The notes under the pieces: model-generated
Database searches by the model: none
What the model was told of the DNA's origin: nothing
Seen by the model: the letters and a program-made list of their open reading frames with translations, nothing else
In this document: piece by piece, positions 1-8,728 of the stretch
Numbering within the stretch: position 1 is the first letter of the stretch
Layout of the letters: every line of letters starts with the position of its first letter
Assembly: GCA_003520045.1 (NCBI GenBank)
Contig: DOVO01000260.1
Span: 510 to 14,009, forward strand
Source: Cyanobacteria bacterium UBA9226
GTDB lineage: Bacteria; Cyanobacteriota; Cyanobacteriia; Cyanobacteriales; Coleofasciculaceae
Reading direction: 5' to 3'
DNA: 13,500 bases
Program-made: the position numbers and the translations under genes

Positions 1-68
1 TCCCCCTCATTCAAAACAGATACAGCGGGCACTGCTGTAACAGCCAAAAACCAACAACCAATGAAGAA

Positions 69-1322
69 TTAGTCATTAGCCATTAGCACTTCCACCAACT
101 TATCAATATCTTCAAAATTGCTAAAATAATGAAGGCAAGCACGAATGCAATCTGGATCCCGGAGAGTGCGCAACAAAAAGCCTTGTTCCTCCAAAGATTT
201 GACTAATTGATGAGATGATTTGCCATTAGTTAAGACAAAGGAAACTAGGCCAGATTGGGGTGGTGAAGTTAATAAACAGCGGACTGATTTTACCTCAGAT
301 AAACGCTGCCACAGATACTTACTCAGTTGACAAATTTGCTGGTAACGAGCTTCTCCAGTGCCCCATGATTGATGAAGTGCGATTGCGGCTTGCACTCCCT
401 TATACAAAGGATAGGCTGAAGTCGCCACTTCAAAACGTCGGGCATCAGGTTGCCAACCAATCGGTTGTCCGACTTTATCTACAATAATACCGCGCCAACC
501 AATAAAGGTAGGATTAAGTTCTTCTAGTACTTCAGGTTTGATATACAAACCACCAATGCCTCCTGGTCCGCACCACCATTTGTGACATGTAAAAGCATAG
601 AAATCTACTTCTAATTCTGTTAAGTTTAATGGCAAAAGTCCGACAGATTGGGCTGCATCCACTAAAATTTTTACAGGTTGACTATGAGGAGAGTAATCGC
701 GACAAGCTTTGACTATTTCTGCTAATGGTAAAACTTGTCCTGTATTCCATAAAACATGACTCAATACTACTAATTTGGTGCTAGGTTGGAGATGTTGGAG
801 AATGACTTCTGTGGGATTTCCTTCATTCAAAGTTGCCATAATTGGACAAAAAGAGAATTCCACTTCAAACCGTTGTGCAATTTCTTGGACTGTGGCAATG
901 ATACCAGGATGTTCGCAATCAGTGAGGAGAATGCGATCGCCTTTTTGCCAGTTAATTCCCCACAAGGCAATATTACAGCCAACTGTGACATCTTCGGTGA
1001 GGGCGATTGTTTCTTTGGATACTCCTATTTCTGAGGCAATTGCACCTCGGGTAAGATTAGCTTCTGCGATTACCCAATCATTTACTTTACCAGAGAAAGG
1101 TCCGGCTTCCTGAATATAGTGATAGGCTTTTTGAATAGCGGTGATAGATTCTTGTGGTAGAGGACCTTGACCGCCAAAATTAAAATATCTTTTGTTGGCT
1201 AAGGCTGGGAATTTCTGTCGGTATTGGGCAATTGATAGGGATGGATTGGTAATGCTCGTCATGGCAGTAATTGGGAAGATATAGCAATCCTTATTTTGCA
1301 CTAAATATTGGTCAATCTCCAA
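69..1322 (-). CDS. Class-V aminotransferase-fold PLP-dependent enzyme (cysteine desulfurase / isopenicillin-N epimerase-like)
   Basis: The 417-aa ORF carries the PLP-lysine motif FTCHKWWCGPGGIGGLYIKPE, as in SufS/NifS-type enzymes. Its C-terminal motif RACLHYFSNFEDIDKLVEVL resembles the SufS/CefD tail. The N-terminal QYRQKFPAL...YFNFGGQGPLP is typical of the family. An alternative internal start at 1262 (MTSITNP...) is possible, and AGGAA lies 6 nt upstream of the 1322 start. Confidence 0.85.
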   Translation of the reverse strand: MEIDQYLVQNKDCYIFPITAMTSITNPSLSIAQYRQKFPALANKRYFNFGGQGPLPQESITAIQKAYHYIQEAGPFSGKVNDWVIAEANLTRGAIASEIGVSKETIALTEDVTVGCNIALWGINWQKGDRILLTDCEHPGIIATVQEIAQRFEVEFSFCPIMATLNEGNPTEVILQHLQPSTKLVVLSHVLWNTGQVLPLAEIVKACRDYSPHSQPVKILVDAAQSVGLLPLNLTELEVDFYAFTCHKWWCGPGGIGGLYIKPEVLEELNPTFIGWRGIIVDKVGQPIGWQPDARRFEVATSAYPLYKGVQAAIALHQSWGTGEARYQQICQLSKYLWQRLSEVKSVRCLLTSPPQSGLVSFVLTNGKSSHQLVKSLEEQGFLLRTLRDPDCIRACLHYFSNFEDIDKLVEVLMAND

Positions 1323-1674
1323 TTCTGTATTCCTGAGAGCCTAAAGTTATATAAAATACTCAGTATCTGGAACCGATCGCATTTATAAATTGAAACCCAG
1401 GATCTATTTCTCGAAGGCATGAGGGGTCATACCCCTCTTGTGTCATAAATAATTAACTGATATTAAATACTTATTAAGTGCAGGAGCTTTTCGTTAGCTG
1501 TGCCATTATTACCTGTTAGATATAGAAAGCTAATCAGGTGGAAAAAAGAGATAGAGTTTTCAGCATTTTTGGCTATTTCAGATTAAGTTTTGTCACCTAA
1601 TTTTTTGGTCGTATTCCGGTACGTCCACTAGATTACTATCGGTAAATGAGAAAAGTTTTTCTGAATTGGAGTAA
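1323..1674. promoter_or_regulatory. Divergent promoter region between the class-V aminotransferase gene (-) and the TDO-like gene (+)
   Basis: This is a 352-bp AT-rich non-coding spacer between divergent starts. It contains the small hairpin GAGGGGT-CAT-ACCCCTC at 1422-1438. No specific -10/-35 calls are made. Confidence 0.35.
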
Positions 1675-2457
1675 GTGCTTATGAATCGAGAGCAATTCTA
1701 TGCAACCATGGCAGGGAAAGGGACATTAGATTACGAAATCTACCTCAATACTCAAACCCTTCTCTCATGTCAAAAAGATTTTGACGATTTTTGTAACCAA
1801 GATGAACTTCAGTTTCAGATAGTCCATCAGTCTGAAGAACTTTGGATGAAACTAATCGCCTATACTCTCCTTAACATTGATGAGTATATACAAGATGAGA
1901 AAACAAATCTGGTATTAACTCTCTTTAATCGAGTTCATCGGATTCAAAAAATATTAATCGATCAATTGCCAATCCTGGAAACAATGTCACCCAAGGATTA
2001 CCAAGAAATTCGTGCCAACTTAGGCAATGGTAGCGGACAGGAATCTCCAGGTTTTCGTACTTTAATGAAAATGTACAAACCTCTCTGGCAATCCTTTAAA
2101 ACCTGTTACTTAGATCGACACCAATTGAATTTAGAGCAAATTTACAATACTGAGTATTCCCATTGTGATGCTTACATGGTTGCCGAATCATTAGCTGAAT
2201 ATGATGAGTTATTCCAAAAATTCCGATACTATCATATTCAGCTTATTTATCGTACCATTGGGATGGGTGCAAATTCTCTCAAAGGACGTTCAGTAGAGCT
2301 ATTGAGAGAAGGAATGCAGAGTAAATTTTTCCCTGAACTTTGGGAAATTAGACATAAAATGACCAATAATTGGGGTAAAGAATACGGTCAAATTAGAGAT
2401 TCTCTCGGTCAAAATTTAGAAACATCCCAGCAAGAAAAAGTAATGGTTGAAGTGTGA
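1675..2457 (+). CDS. kynA: Tryptophan 2,3-dioxygenase (TDO)-like heme dioxygenase
   Basis: The 260-aa ORF has the TDO N-terminal signature LDYEIYLNTQTLLSCQ followed by IVHQSEELWMKLI, with the distal His in the HQxxELWxK block. A proximal His lies in FRYYHIQLIYRTIG. GGAG sits 6-7 nt upstream of the ATG. The stop overlaps the next gene's GTG start (GTGA). Confidence 0.8.
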   Translation: MLMNREQFYATMAGKGTLDYEIYLNTQTLLSCQKDFDDFCNQDELQFQIVHQSEELWMKLIAYTLLNIDEYIQDEKTNLVLTLFNRVHRIQKILIDQLPILETMSPKDYQEIRANLGNGSGQESPGFRTLMKMYKPLWQSFKTCYLDRHQLNLEQIYNTEYSHCDAYMVAESLAEYDELFQKFRYYHIQLIYRTIGMGANSLKGRSVELLREGMQSKFFPELWEIRHKMTNNWGKEYGQIRDSLGQNLETSQQEKVMVEV

Positions 2458-3590
2458 ATAAACAGGATTTTTTCATTCCCAATGGCATCTATCTCTTAAA
2501 TCATTCCGTAGGATGTCTCCCGCGCACAACTGCCTTCGCGAAGGAAGAGTTTTTCGAGATGTGGAAATTGAAAGGGGGTGAAGCGTGGGGAGAATGGCTG
2601 AGTTTGCTAGACGGATTTTGCCACTCTCTTGCCACATTACTCAATGGACATCCCGATGAGTTTTGCCCCCAGACTAATTTGTCTTCAGCTATCTCGAAAA
2701 TTTTGCTGTCTCTTCCTCTCCGTCGAGACAGAAATAAAATCTTAATTTCTGAAATGGATTTTCCCTCAATGGGATTTGCTATTTCTCAGATGAAAAGAAT
2801 GGGATATCAGCTTGAAGTAATCCCTGCAAAAAATGGCAGGTTGTCTCTGGAAAGCTGGAAAAAGTATCTCAAACCAGATGTGGAATTGGCATTGATTACC
2901 CATGTTATTTATGGGAATAGTTTCCTCAATCGTGTCCAAGATATCCTTGACTATGCCAAGGCAGAAGGGATTATTACGGTGGTGGATATTGCCCAATCGG
3001 TTGGGGTTGTACCTATTAATCTCCGGCAATGGAATGGAGACTTTGTAATTGGTTCCTGTATTAAGTGGTTATGTGGGGGAGCAGGTGCAGGATTTATGTG
3101 GGTAAATTCTGAGAAAGTTACCAATTTTCAACCGATGGATGTAGGGTGGTTTTCTCATGAAAATCCCTTTGAATTTGAGATTGATAATTTTCGCTATGCC
3201 CAAACTGCGAAACGGTTTTGGGGTGGTACTCCTTCTGTTTTACCTTTTGCGATCGCGAAATTAAGTATTGATACAATCAATCGTATCAGTGTCAATCGCA
3301 TCCGACAACACAACCAAAGGCTAACACAACGTCTGATTGAGGTGGCTGTGGCGCAAAACTTGAAAGTCTTGACTCCTTTAGATTCTAGCCAACGTGGGGG
3401 GACAGTTGTAATTGCGTTTCCCAATCCCATGGAGGCTTATCAAAGATTCAAGGAAGCAAACATTCTTATAGATATGAGACCTAATTTTGGTCTCCGCTTC
3501 TCGCCTCACATCTATAATGATGAGGCAGAAATCGATCGAATTCTTGATTTGCTAACCAGCGATTGCCACTTATTACCAATTGCGTCCTAA
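2454..3590 (+). CDS. kynU: Kynureninase-family PLP-dependent hydrolase (class V fold)
   Basis: The 378-aa ORF contains DFVIGSCIKWLCGGAGAGFMWV, matching the kynureninase PLP-lysine block (DFAxGCxYKYLNGGPG..FxWV). N-terminal IYLLNHSVGCLP...EWLSLLDGFCHSLATLLNG matches the kynureninase IYLDGNSLG...W...LA.LIG pattern. The GTG start overlaps the stop of the TDO-like gene, indicating translational coupling. Confidence 0.78.
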   Translation: MNKQDFFIPNGIYLLNHSVGCLPRTTAFAKEEFFEMWKLKGGEAWGEWLSLLDGFCHSLATLLNGHPDEFCPQTNLSSAISKILLSLPLRRDRNKILISEMDFPSMGFAISQMKRMGYQLEVIPAKNGRLSLESWKKYLKPDVELALITHVIYGNSFLNRVQDILDYAKAEGIITVVDIAQSVGVVPINLRQWNGDFVIGSCIKWLCGGAGAGFMWVNSEKVTNFQPMDVGWFSHENPFEFEIDNFRYAQTAKRFWGGTPSVLPFAIAKLSIDTINRISVNRIRQHNQRLTQRLIEVAVAQNLKVLTPLDSSQRGGTVVIAFPNPMEAYQRFKEANILIDMRPNFGLRFSPHIYNDEAEIDRILDLLTSDCHLLPIAS

Positions 3591-3603
3591 ATCTTTCTTG
3601 TTT

Positions 3604-3662
3604 GTAGTAGGCACTTTAGTGCCTCAAAAGCTGATAATGTCAGGCACTAAAGTGCTTACTAC
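3604..3662. terminator. Long stem-loop between convergent genes (candidate bidirectional terminator / palindromic element)
   Basis: GTAGTAGGCACTTTAGTGCCT (3604-3624) pairs with AGGCACTAAAGTGCTTACTAC (3642-3662) as a 21-bp stem with one G-U position and a 17-nt loop. Each arm holds a nested palindrome GGCACT..AGTGCC. There is no clear U-tract on either side. Confidence 0.4.
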
Positions 3663-3671
3663 GAACCTTAA

Positions 3672-3690
3672 CTATCAACTATCAACTATT
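3672..3690. repeat. Short heptamer tandem repeat CTATCAA x ~2.5 abutting the stop of the REC-HK gene
   Basis: Sequence ctatcaactatcaactatt is visible directly. This is an STRR-like heptamer. Confidence 0.5.
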
Positions 3691-5113
3691 ATTGGCTAAT
3701 TGGAATTTCAATGATAAACTCACTTCCTCTACCAAATTCACTATTAAATGATAATTTACCTTGGTGCTTTTCCACAATTATTTGATAGCTAATTGTCAAT
3801 CCCAAGCCCGTACCGGAGCCAACAGGTTTTGTCGTAAAAAATGCGTCAAATAGTCTCCTTTGGACATCTTCTGTCATCCCCAATCCATTATCGCTAATAG
3901 AGATGGTTATGCGATTATTATCAACGACATCAGTTTTAATCTTAATTGTAGGAATGGGACAAAGATCCAAGTCGCAAGTCTGATTTTTCAACTCAGAATC
4001 TCTTTCCTGAAGTAGGACACACGAAGCAACAGATAAACTCCTCCTTTCCTCAATATTTTTATTATCCATTCCCGATTTCTTAATTTTATCCTCTAGCGCA
4101 TCAATAGCATTAACCAAAATATTCATAAATACTTGGTTAATTTGACCTGCATTACATCTGACTTTAGGTAAGTCACCGTATTCTTTAATTGCATAAATTT
4201 CGGGCTTTTTACCTTTAGCTTTGAGGCGATGGTGCAATAGTAAAAGCGTGCTATCTATCCCTTCATGAATATCAGTTAATTTCCGTTGGGCTTCATCAAT
4301 ATGGCAGAAATTTTTTAGTAATAACACAATTTGGCAAATTCGTTCCGCACCTACCTCCATCGATTTCAGCATTTTTGGTAAGTCTTCTTCTAAAAATTCT
4401 AAATCTAATTCCTCAATTTTATCATTAATTTCTGGTGCAGAAGTGCCGTAGGTTTTTTGATATAGTTCAATTAGTTCTAAGATTTGTTGAGTATATTGCT
4501 TGGTAAGAGAAAGATTGCTATAAATAAAGTTGAGCGGGTTGTTAATTTCGTGAGCTACACCTGCTACCATCTGACCGATACTTGACATTTTATCGGCTTG
4601 AAATAGTTGGGTTTGAGTTTTTTGTAACTTTTTTAATGTCTCTTCAAGTTCTAAGGTTCTTTGCCTTTCTTTGGCTTGGGATCGCAACAATTCTTCATTT
4701 TGTTTTTCCAGTTGCTTTTGCAGATTTCTTAGGGTTAAATGGGTTTTGACTCGACACAATACCTCTGTGGGTTGAATCGGTTTGGTAATGTAATCAACTG
4801 CCCCCACATTAAACCCCGTAACTTTATCTCCTGTATCGCACAGCGCTGTCATAAAAATTACAGGAATATCTTGAGTTGCTTGGTTGGCTTTTAATAAGCT
4901 ACAGGTTTGAAAGCCATCAATTCCCGGCATCATCACATCTAGCAAAATTAGATCTGGCTTACTATATTCTGCTTGCTGAATGGCACTCTCACCATCTAGC
5001 GCCACCAAAACCTTAAATCCCGCATCTGTTAAATACTCGAAGATTAACCCTAAATTGGTGGGATTGTCATCAACGATTAAGATTTTGCTTGTTTCATTGC
5101 TTTCCACAGTCAT
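3689..5113 (-). CDS. Hybrid two-component protein: N-terminal response-regulator receiver fused to histidine kinase (REC-HisKA-HATPase_c)
   Basis: The 474-aa ORF has REC motifs ILIVDDNPTN and LILLDVMMPGIDGF. It then has a coiled-coil linker, the H-box VAGVAHEINNPLNFI, the N-box NILVNAIDAL, the G1 box ISISDNGLGMT and G2 PVGSGTGLGLTIS. Confidence 0.9.
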   Translation of the reverse strand: MTVESNETSKILIVDDNPTNLGLIFEYLTDAGFKVLVALDGESAIQQAEYSKPDLILLDVMMPGIDGFQTCSLLKANQATQDIPVIFMTALCDTGDKVTGFNVGAVDYITKPIQPTEVLCRVKTHLTLRNLQKQLEKQNEELLRSQAKERQRTLELEETLKKLQKTQTQLFQADKMSSIGQMVAGVAHEINNPLNFIYSNLSLTKQYTQQILELIELYQKTYGTSAPEINDKIEELDLEFLEEDLPKMLKSMEVGAERICQIVLLLKNFCHIDEAQRKLTDIHEGIDSTLLLLHHRLKAKGKKPEIYAIKEYGDLPKVRCNAGQINQVFMNILVNAIDALEDKIKKSGMDNKNIEERRSLSVASCVLLQERDSELKNQTCDLDLCPIPTIKIKTDVVDNNRITISISDNGLGMTEDVQRRLFDAFFTTKPVGSGTGLGLTISYQIIVEKHQGKLSFNSEFGRGSEFIIEIPISQ

Positions 5114-5427
5114 ATCCCGCCAGCCTTCCTATCTAATTCTCTTTCTCTTATTATTTTCTAAATTACACTGTTTTAATAAATACTTAACAATTTATTACAA
5201 ATCCCGATCTAACTAGTTGGATAAAAGTAACCTGTACAGTCTTAAGTCCATTGTTTTAAGTTTTGTTATCAATACCGGAGTGGTAAAAGAGGATAATTTA
5301 AAATTTTCATGAAACTTAACATAGTTGAATATATTTAAAGCTAACTAGTTATAGAATATCTCCTATTTGAATAATTTTCTTTCACATTACACCTCTCACT
5401 TATCAGATAGTTTTTGAGCTTAATCAA

Positions 5428-8400
5428 TCAAATACTACCGTTATATTGTTCGATAATTTCTCGCAATTGTTTCAGCTTAAATCTTTTAGCAAGCTGACGA
5501 ATGTGGGTGGCTAAATTATCAAATTTACTATCTAATTTTTCGAGGTAATCTGCTCGCTCGATAATTCCTTTAATATCACCCATTTTCACTAATTCTCCTA
5601 GCGTGGTAAGTTCAGAAACTGGTAAGCTGGCAACTATGAGTGAATTAGGATGGGGCGATCTATTTTTCTCAGATTCGCGATCTTCGTAAATCCATTCTAG
5701 TCCTAAATGGTAAGAAATCACATTCAAAAGATTCTTTGATTTGACAGGTTTGGGAATAAAAGATTGACAACCTGCTGCCAAACTTTCTTCCTGAATTGTC
5801 TGGGAAACACTTGCGGATAATGCGATGGTAACTGTATCTCTAAGCTGAGGTAGCTTCCGCAGTCTTCGGGTAGCTTCTAATCCATCTATGTTTGGCATAA
5901 TCAAATCCATTAAAATCAAATCCGGTACAAAATCTACAGCTTGCTTGAGGCAGTCTTCCGCATCTACTGCTTCCTTAATTTCAAATCCTAATGGTTTTAG
6001 TATTGCTAATAAAAGAGTACGGTTAACTCTATTATCATCGACAATCAAGATTTTGTGTTTCTCCCCTTTAAAACTAACAATCCGCCGATTTAGGGGTGGA
6101 GGAGCTTCTTCCCATTGGGAAACTGTAGGCAATTCTAAATCAAACCAAAATACACTCCCTTTACCCGGAGTACTAGTGACATGAATTTCGCTATTCATTA
6201 GTTGAGCTAATTTTTGACTGATACCAAGTCCAAGTCCACTTCCTTCAGAGATATGAGTAGAATCTCGCACTTGATGGAATGGCAAAAATATTTTTGCTAA
6301 TTGATTAGGTGATATACCAATACCAGTATCTTCAATTTGAAAGCGGATTTTGGTAGTTGTGGGTTGTGGGTTGTGGGTTATGGGTTGTGGGTTATTGATT
6401 ATTGGTCGAGGGCAGAGAGAATTAGTCCTTTTTTTTATAGTGAATTTTGACTTGTGAATTGGTTTATATGTTGTTGGCTCTATATATGAGTAATTAGTCA
6501 TATTTCTGAATTTTGACTTGTGAATCTTGACAGGTGAAGTGGGGGAATATCCTACTTTTAAATTTACTTCTCCTCGATCGGTAAACTTGATAGCATTACT
6601 GAGTAAATTGCTAATAATTTGCCGCAATCGTTTCTCATCGCCAATAATTCCGTTAGGTAGGGGTGACAACTGTTCGTAAGTAAATGTAATGTCTTTTTGT
6701 TCGGCACGTATTTTAAATAAATTAGCAAGACTTTTGAGGAAATTAGGAAGATGAAACTCTGTGGGAGATAGCTCCATTTTCTGGGCTTCAATTTTGGATA
6801 GATCTAAAATATCTTCAATCAGAGTAAGTAGATGTTCGCCACATTGGTAAATTATGTTTAGAATATTCTGTTCTTCTTCGGTTAAATTACTGTCATTTTT
6901 TAAGATTTGAGTGTAGCCAAATATGCCATTAAGGGGAGTACGGAGTTCATGGCTCATATTTGCCAGGAATTCACTTTTGGCACGGTTGGCTACTTCTGCG
7001 GCTTCTTTGGCTTGTTGGAATGCTGCTTCTTGTTGCTTGCGATCGCTAATATCGATATAAGCAACTACTGCTCCATAATTGGGGAGAGGAATGGGTGCAG
7101 CAGTAGCACTTAACCATACAACTTTTCCATCTGGCTTGACAATTCCCGCTTCAAAGTTTTCAATTACTTTGTTTTCTTTTAAGGCTTTCATGGGGGCAAA
7201 TTCAGAGCGAGGAATTTGACTGCCATCACTGCTAATAATTGACCATTTTTTATGGTTAAAGTCGCATTCAATGCCTTCATCATCAGACAAGCATAAAAAT
7301 TTTTCGGCTCCGGTATTGGCTTCGATGGTATTGCCCCATTTATCTGTTAGAGAAATGCCAATAGGTAAAATTTCAAAGAGGGTTTGATACTTTAATTCGC
7401 TTTCGCGCAAGGCTTCTTCCATTCGTTTGCGATCGCTAATATTGCGAGATATGCCCCGATAACCGCAAAATTGCCCCTTTTCATCAAAGATGGCAACGCC
7501 ACTGGTTTCCAAAACTACTGCATGTCCATCTTTGTGGATGAAGGTATTTTCCATACAAGTAAATGAATCGTGGCTGGAAAAAATATCGTCAAAAAAATGG
7601 GCAAGGCGATTCGCATCCCGCCAACTCATGAAATTATATGGAGATTGATCTTGAATTTCCGCTACACTGTAGCCCAATAAATCTATAACTTTAGGACTGA
7701 TGTAGCGATAAACTCGGTCTCTATCCATTTCCCACACCCAATCGCTGGTAGTTTCTACTAAATTTCTGAATCTTTCTTCACTTTTACGCAACTTTTTCTC
7801 GGCTTGTTGCCGTTTCCTCAGAGCAGCTTGCTGTTCGTTAATATCTTCACATACCGTAGTAACATATTGTGGTAATCCTCGCTCGTTTTTGATTGAGGAT
7901 ACTGTTAATCTACCCCAAACAATCACACCATCTTTACGGATATATCTTTTATCAATTGTGTAGCTTTTTCGTTTGCCTTGCAATAGGGAAACAAACAAAT
8001 CTCGATCCAGGGATAGATCCTCTGGATGGGTAAATTCGGCAAAATTAATTCCGACTATTTCGGTGGGAGAGTAGCCGAGAAAACGACAATTAGCTTCATT
8101 GCTGGCAAGGACAAACCCATCGAGATTCACTAGAGCAATTCCTACAGATATATTATCAAAAATTGAGCGAAATCTTTCTTCACTTTCTCGGAGTGCGGCT
8201 TCCACTTGTTGACGAATCTTGCGGGATTCTTCCCTAACTTCAATTTGGGATTTTATCTCTCGATTTCCATATTTTACCTCCTCTTTGTGTAGATTGCAAA
8301 TATCGGTGGCAATACTATCAATTCGGATCGCTTTGCGATTTGAATTTCTGTTTAATCGCCATCGATGAGATAGCCAGCGAGTTTCTCCACTAGGGTGGAG

Positions 8401-8667
8401 GATTCGATACTCTAAATTCAGTATCCCTAGGGAGAATATCAAGGGTAGTTGATATTCTACTCGATCCCGATCTTCAGGATGAATTACTTCTTTCCATAGA
8501 TACTTATTTTCAATAAATTCAGAGAAATCTCGTCCGTATACAGTTGCCGCACTTGCACTTAAGCAAAGGCTTTCCCAAGTCATCGGATTTACTGATAAAG
8601 CTACCTCGCTAAAATTTTTGAGAATATCTTCCAACCATTTCTGGTTTGCTCTACCTGTTTTCTTCAT
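5428..8667 (-). CDS. Multi-PAS hybrid sensor histidine kinase (PAS x ~4 - HisKA - HATPase_c - REC - C-terminal extension)
   Basis: The 1079-aa ORF has several PAS-like blocks, for example RILHPSGETRWLSHRW, FIHKDGHAVVLETSGVAIFDEKGQ and IVKPDGKVVWLSATAAP. It has the H-box ANMSHELRTPLNGIFGYTQIL, the N-box ISNLLSNAIKFT, G1 IEDTGIGI and G2 GSGLGLGISQKL. A C-terminal REC domain carries ILIVDDNRVNRT and LILMDLIMPNIDG. Confidence 0.9.
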   Translation of the reverse strand: MKKTGRANQKWLEDILKNFSEVALSVNPMTWESLCLSASAATVYGRDFSEFIENKYLWKEVIHPEDRDRVEYQLPLIFSLGILNLEYRILHPSGETRWLSHRWRLNRNSNRKAIRIDSIATDICNLHKEEVKYGNREIKSQIEVREESRKIRQQVEAALRESEERFRSIFDNISVGIALVNLDGFVLASNEANCRFLGYSPTEIVGINFAEFTHPEDLSLDRDLFVSLLQGKRKSYTIDKRYIRKDGVIVWGRLTVSSIKNERGLPQYVTTVCEDINEQQAALRKRQQAEKKLRKSEERFRNLVETTSDWVWEMDRDRVYRYISPKVIDLLGYSVAEIQDQSPYNFMSWRDANRLAHFFDDIFSSHDSFTCMENTFIHKDGHAVVLETSGVAIFDEKGQFCGYRGISRNISDRKRMEEALRESELKYQTLFEILPIGISLTDKWGNTIEANTGAEKFLCLSDDEGIECDFNHKKWSIISSDGSQIPRSEFAPMKALKENKVIENFEAGIVKPDGKVVWLSATAAPIPLPNYGAVVAYIDISDRKQQEAAFQQAKEAAEVANRAKSEFLANMSHELRTPLNGIFGYTQILKNDSNLTEEEQNILNIIYQCGEHLLTLIEDILDLSKIEAQKMELSPTEFHLPNFLKSLANLFKIRAEQKDITFTYEQLSPLPNGIIGDEKRLRQIISNLLSNAIKFTDRGEVNLKVGYSPTSPVKIHKSKFRNMTNYSYIEPTTYKPIHKSKFTIKKRTNSLCPRPIINNPQPITHNPQPTTTKIRFQIEDTGIGISPNQLAKIFLPFHQVRDSTHISEGSGLGLGISQKLAQLMNSEIHVTSTPGKGSVFWFDLELPTVSQWEEAPPPLNRRIVSFKGEKHKILIVDDNRVNRTLLLAILKPLGFEIKEAVDAEDCLKQAVDFVPDLILMDLIMPNIDGLEATRRLRKLPQLRDTVTIALSASVSQTIQEESLAAGCQSFIPKPVKSKNLLNVISYHLGLEWIYEDRESEKNRSPHPNSLIVASLPVSELTTLGELVKMGDIKGIIERADYLEKLDSKFDNLATHIRQLAKRFKLKQLREIIEQYNGSI
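6354..6395. repeat. Heptamer tandem repeat GGGTTGT / GGGTTAT x ~5.5 inside the sensor kinase CDS (encodes NPQPITHNPQPTT on the minus strand)
   Basis: A direct read gives tagttgt gggttgt gggttgt gggttat gggttgt gggttat. It is in frame with the surrounding CDS. Confidence 0.8.
6441..6525. repeat. Perfect 19-bp direct repeat TGAATTTTGACTTGTGAAT (6441-6459 and 6507-6525) inside the kinase CDS
   Basis: The two copies are spaced 66 bp apart, a multiple of 3. They encode the duplicated peptide IHKSKF in the HATPase N-to-G1 insert. The surrounding DNA is AT-rich and low-complexity. Confidence 0.8.
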
Positions 8668-8693
8668 TTGTTTATGTGGGAGGTTAGAAATTA

Positions 8694-8728
8694 GTTGACA
8701 GTTGACAGTTGACAGTTAATAGTTACTC
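8694..8728. repeat. STRR-like heptamer tandem repeat GTTGACA x3 plus two degenerate copies, between the MVP stop and the kinase start
   Basis: Sequence gttgaca gttgaca gttgaca gttaata gttactc. The same heptamer recurs at the enolase 3' end. Confidence 0.8.

Noticed and set aside
260-1113. ORFs 260..487(+), 775..1113(+) and 786..1034(+) inside the aminotransferase gene
   Set aside because: They are antisense and fully embedded in a well-supported 417-aa CDS, and their products are low-complexity with no recognisable motifs.
1419-1449. Mini-ORF ATGAGGGGTCATACCCCTCTTGTGTCATAA (9 aa) in the divergent promoter region
   Set aside because: It is too short, has no RBS, and is better explained as the hairpin GAGGGGT-CAT-ACCCCTC.
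2766-3430. ORFs 2766..3029(-) and 3194..3430(-)
   Set aside because: They are antisense shadows inside the kynureninase-like CDS.
3600-3690. tRNA or other structured RNA gene in the convergent spacer
   Set aside because: It is a single long perfect hairpin with no cloverleaf arms, so I read it as a terminator or palindromic element.
6354-6395. Possible CRISPR array from the short tandem repeats at 6354-6395, 8694-8728 and 13331-13369
   Set aside because: The units are 7 bp and directly tandem with no spacers. This is typical of cyanobacterial STRR heptamers, not CRISPR (repeats of about 28-37 bp with unique spacers).
4980-7113. ORFs 4980..5216(+), 5888..6184(+), 6564..6791(-) and 6907..7113(+)
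   Set aside because: They overlap the two kinase genes on the opposite strand or out of frame. No RBS or motif supports them.
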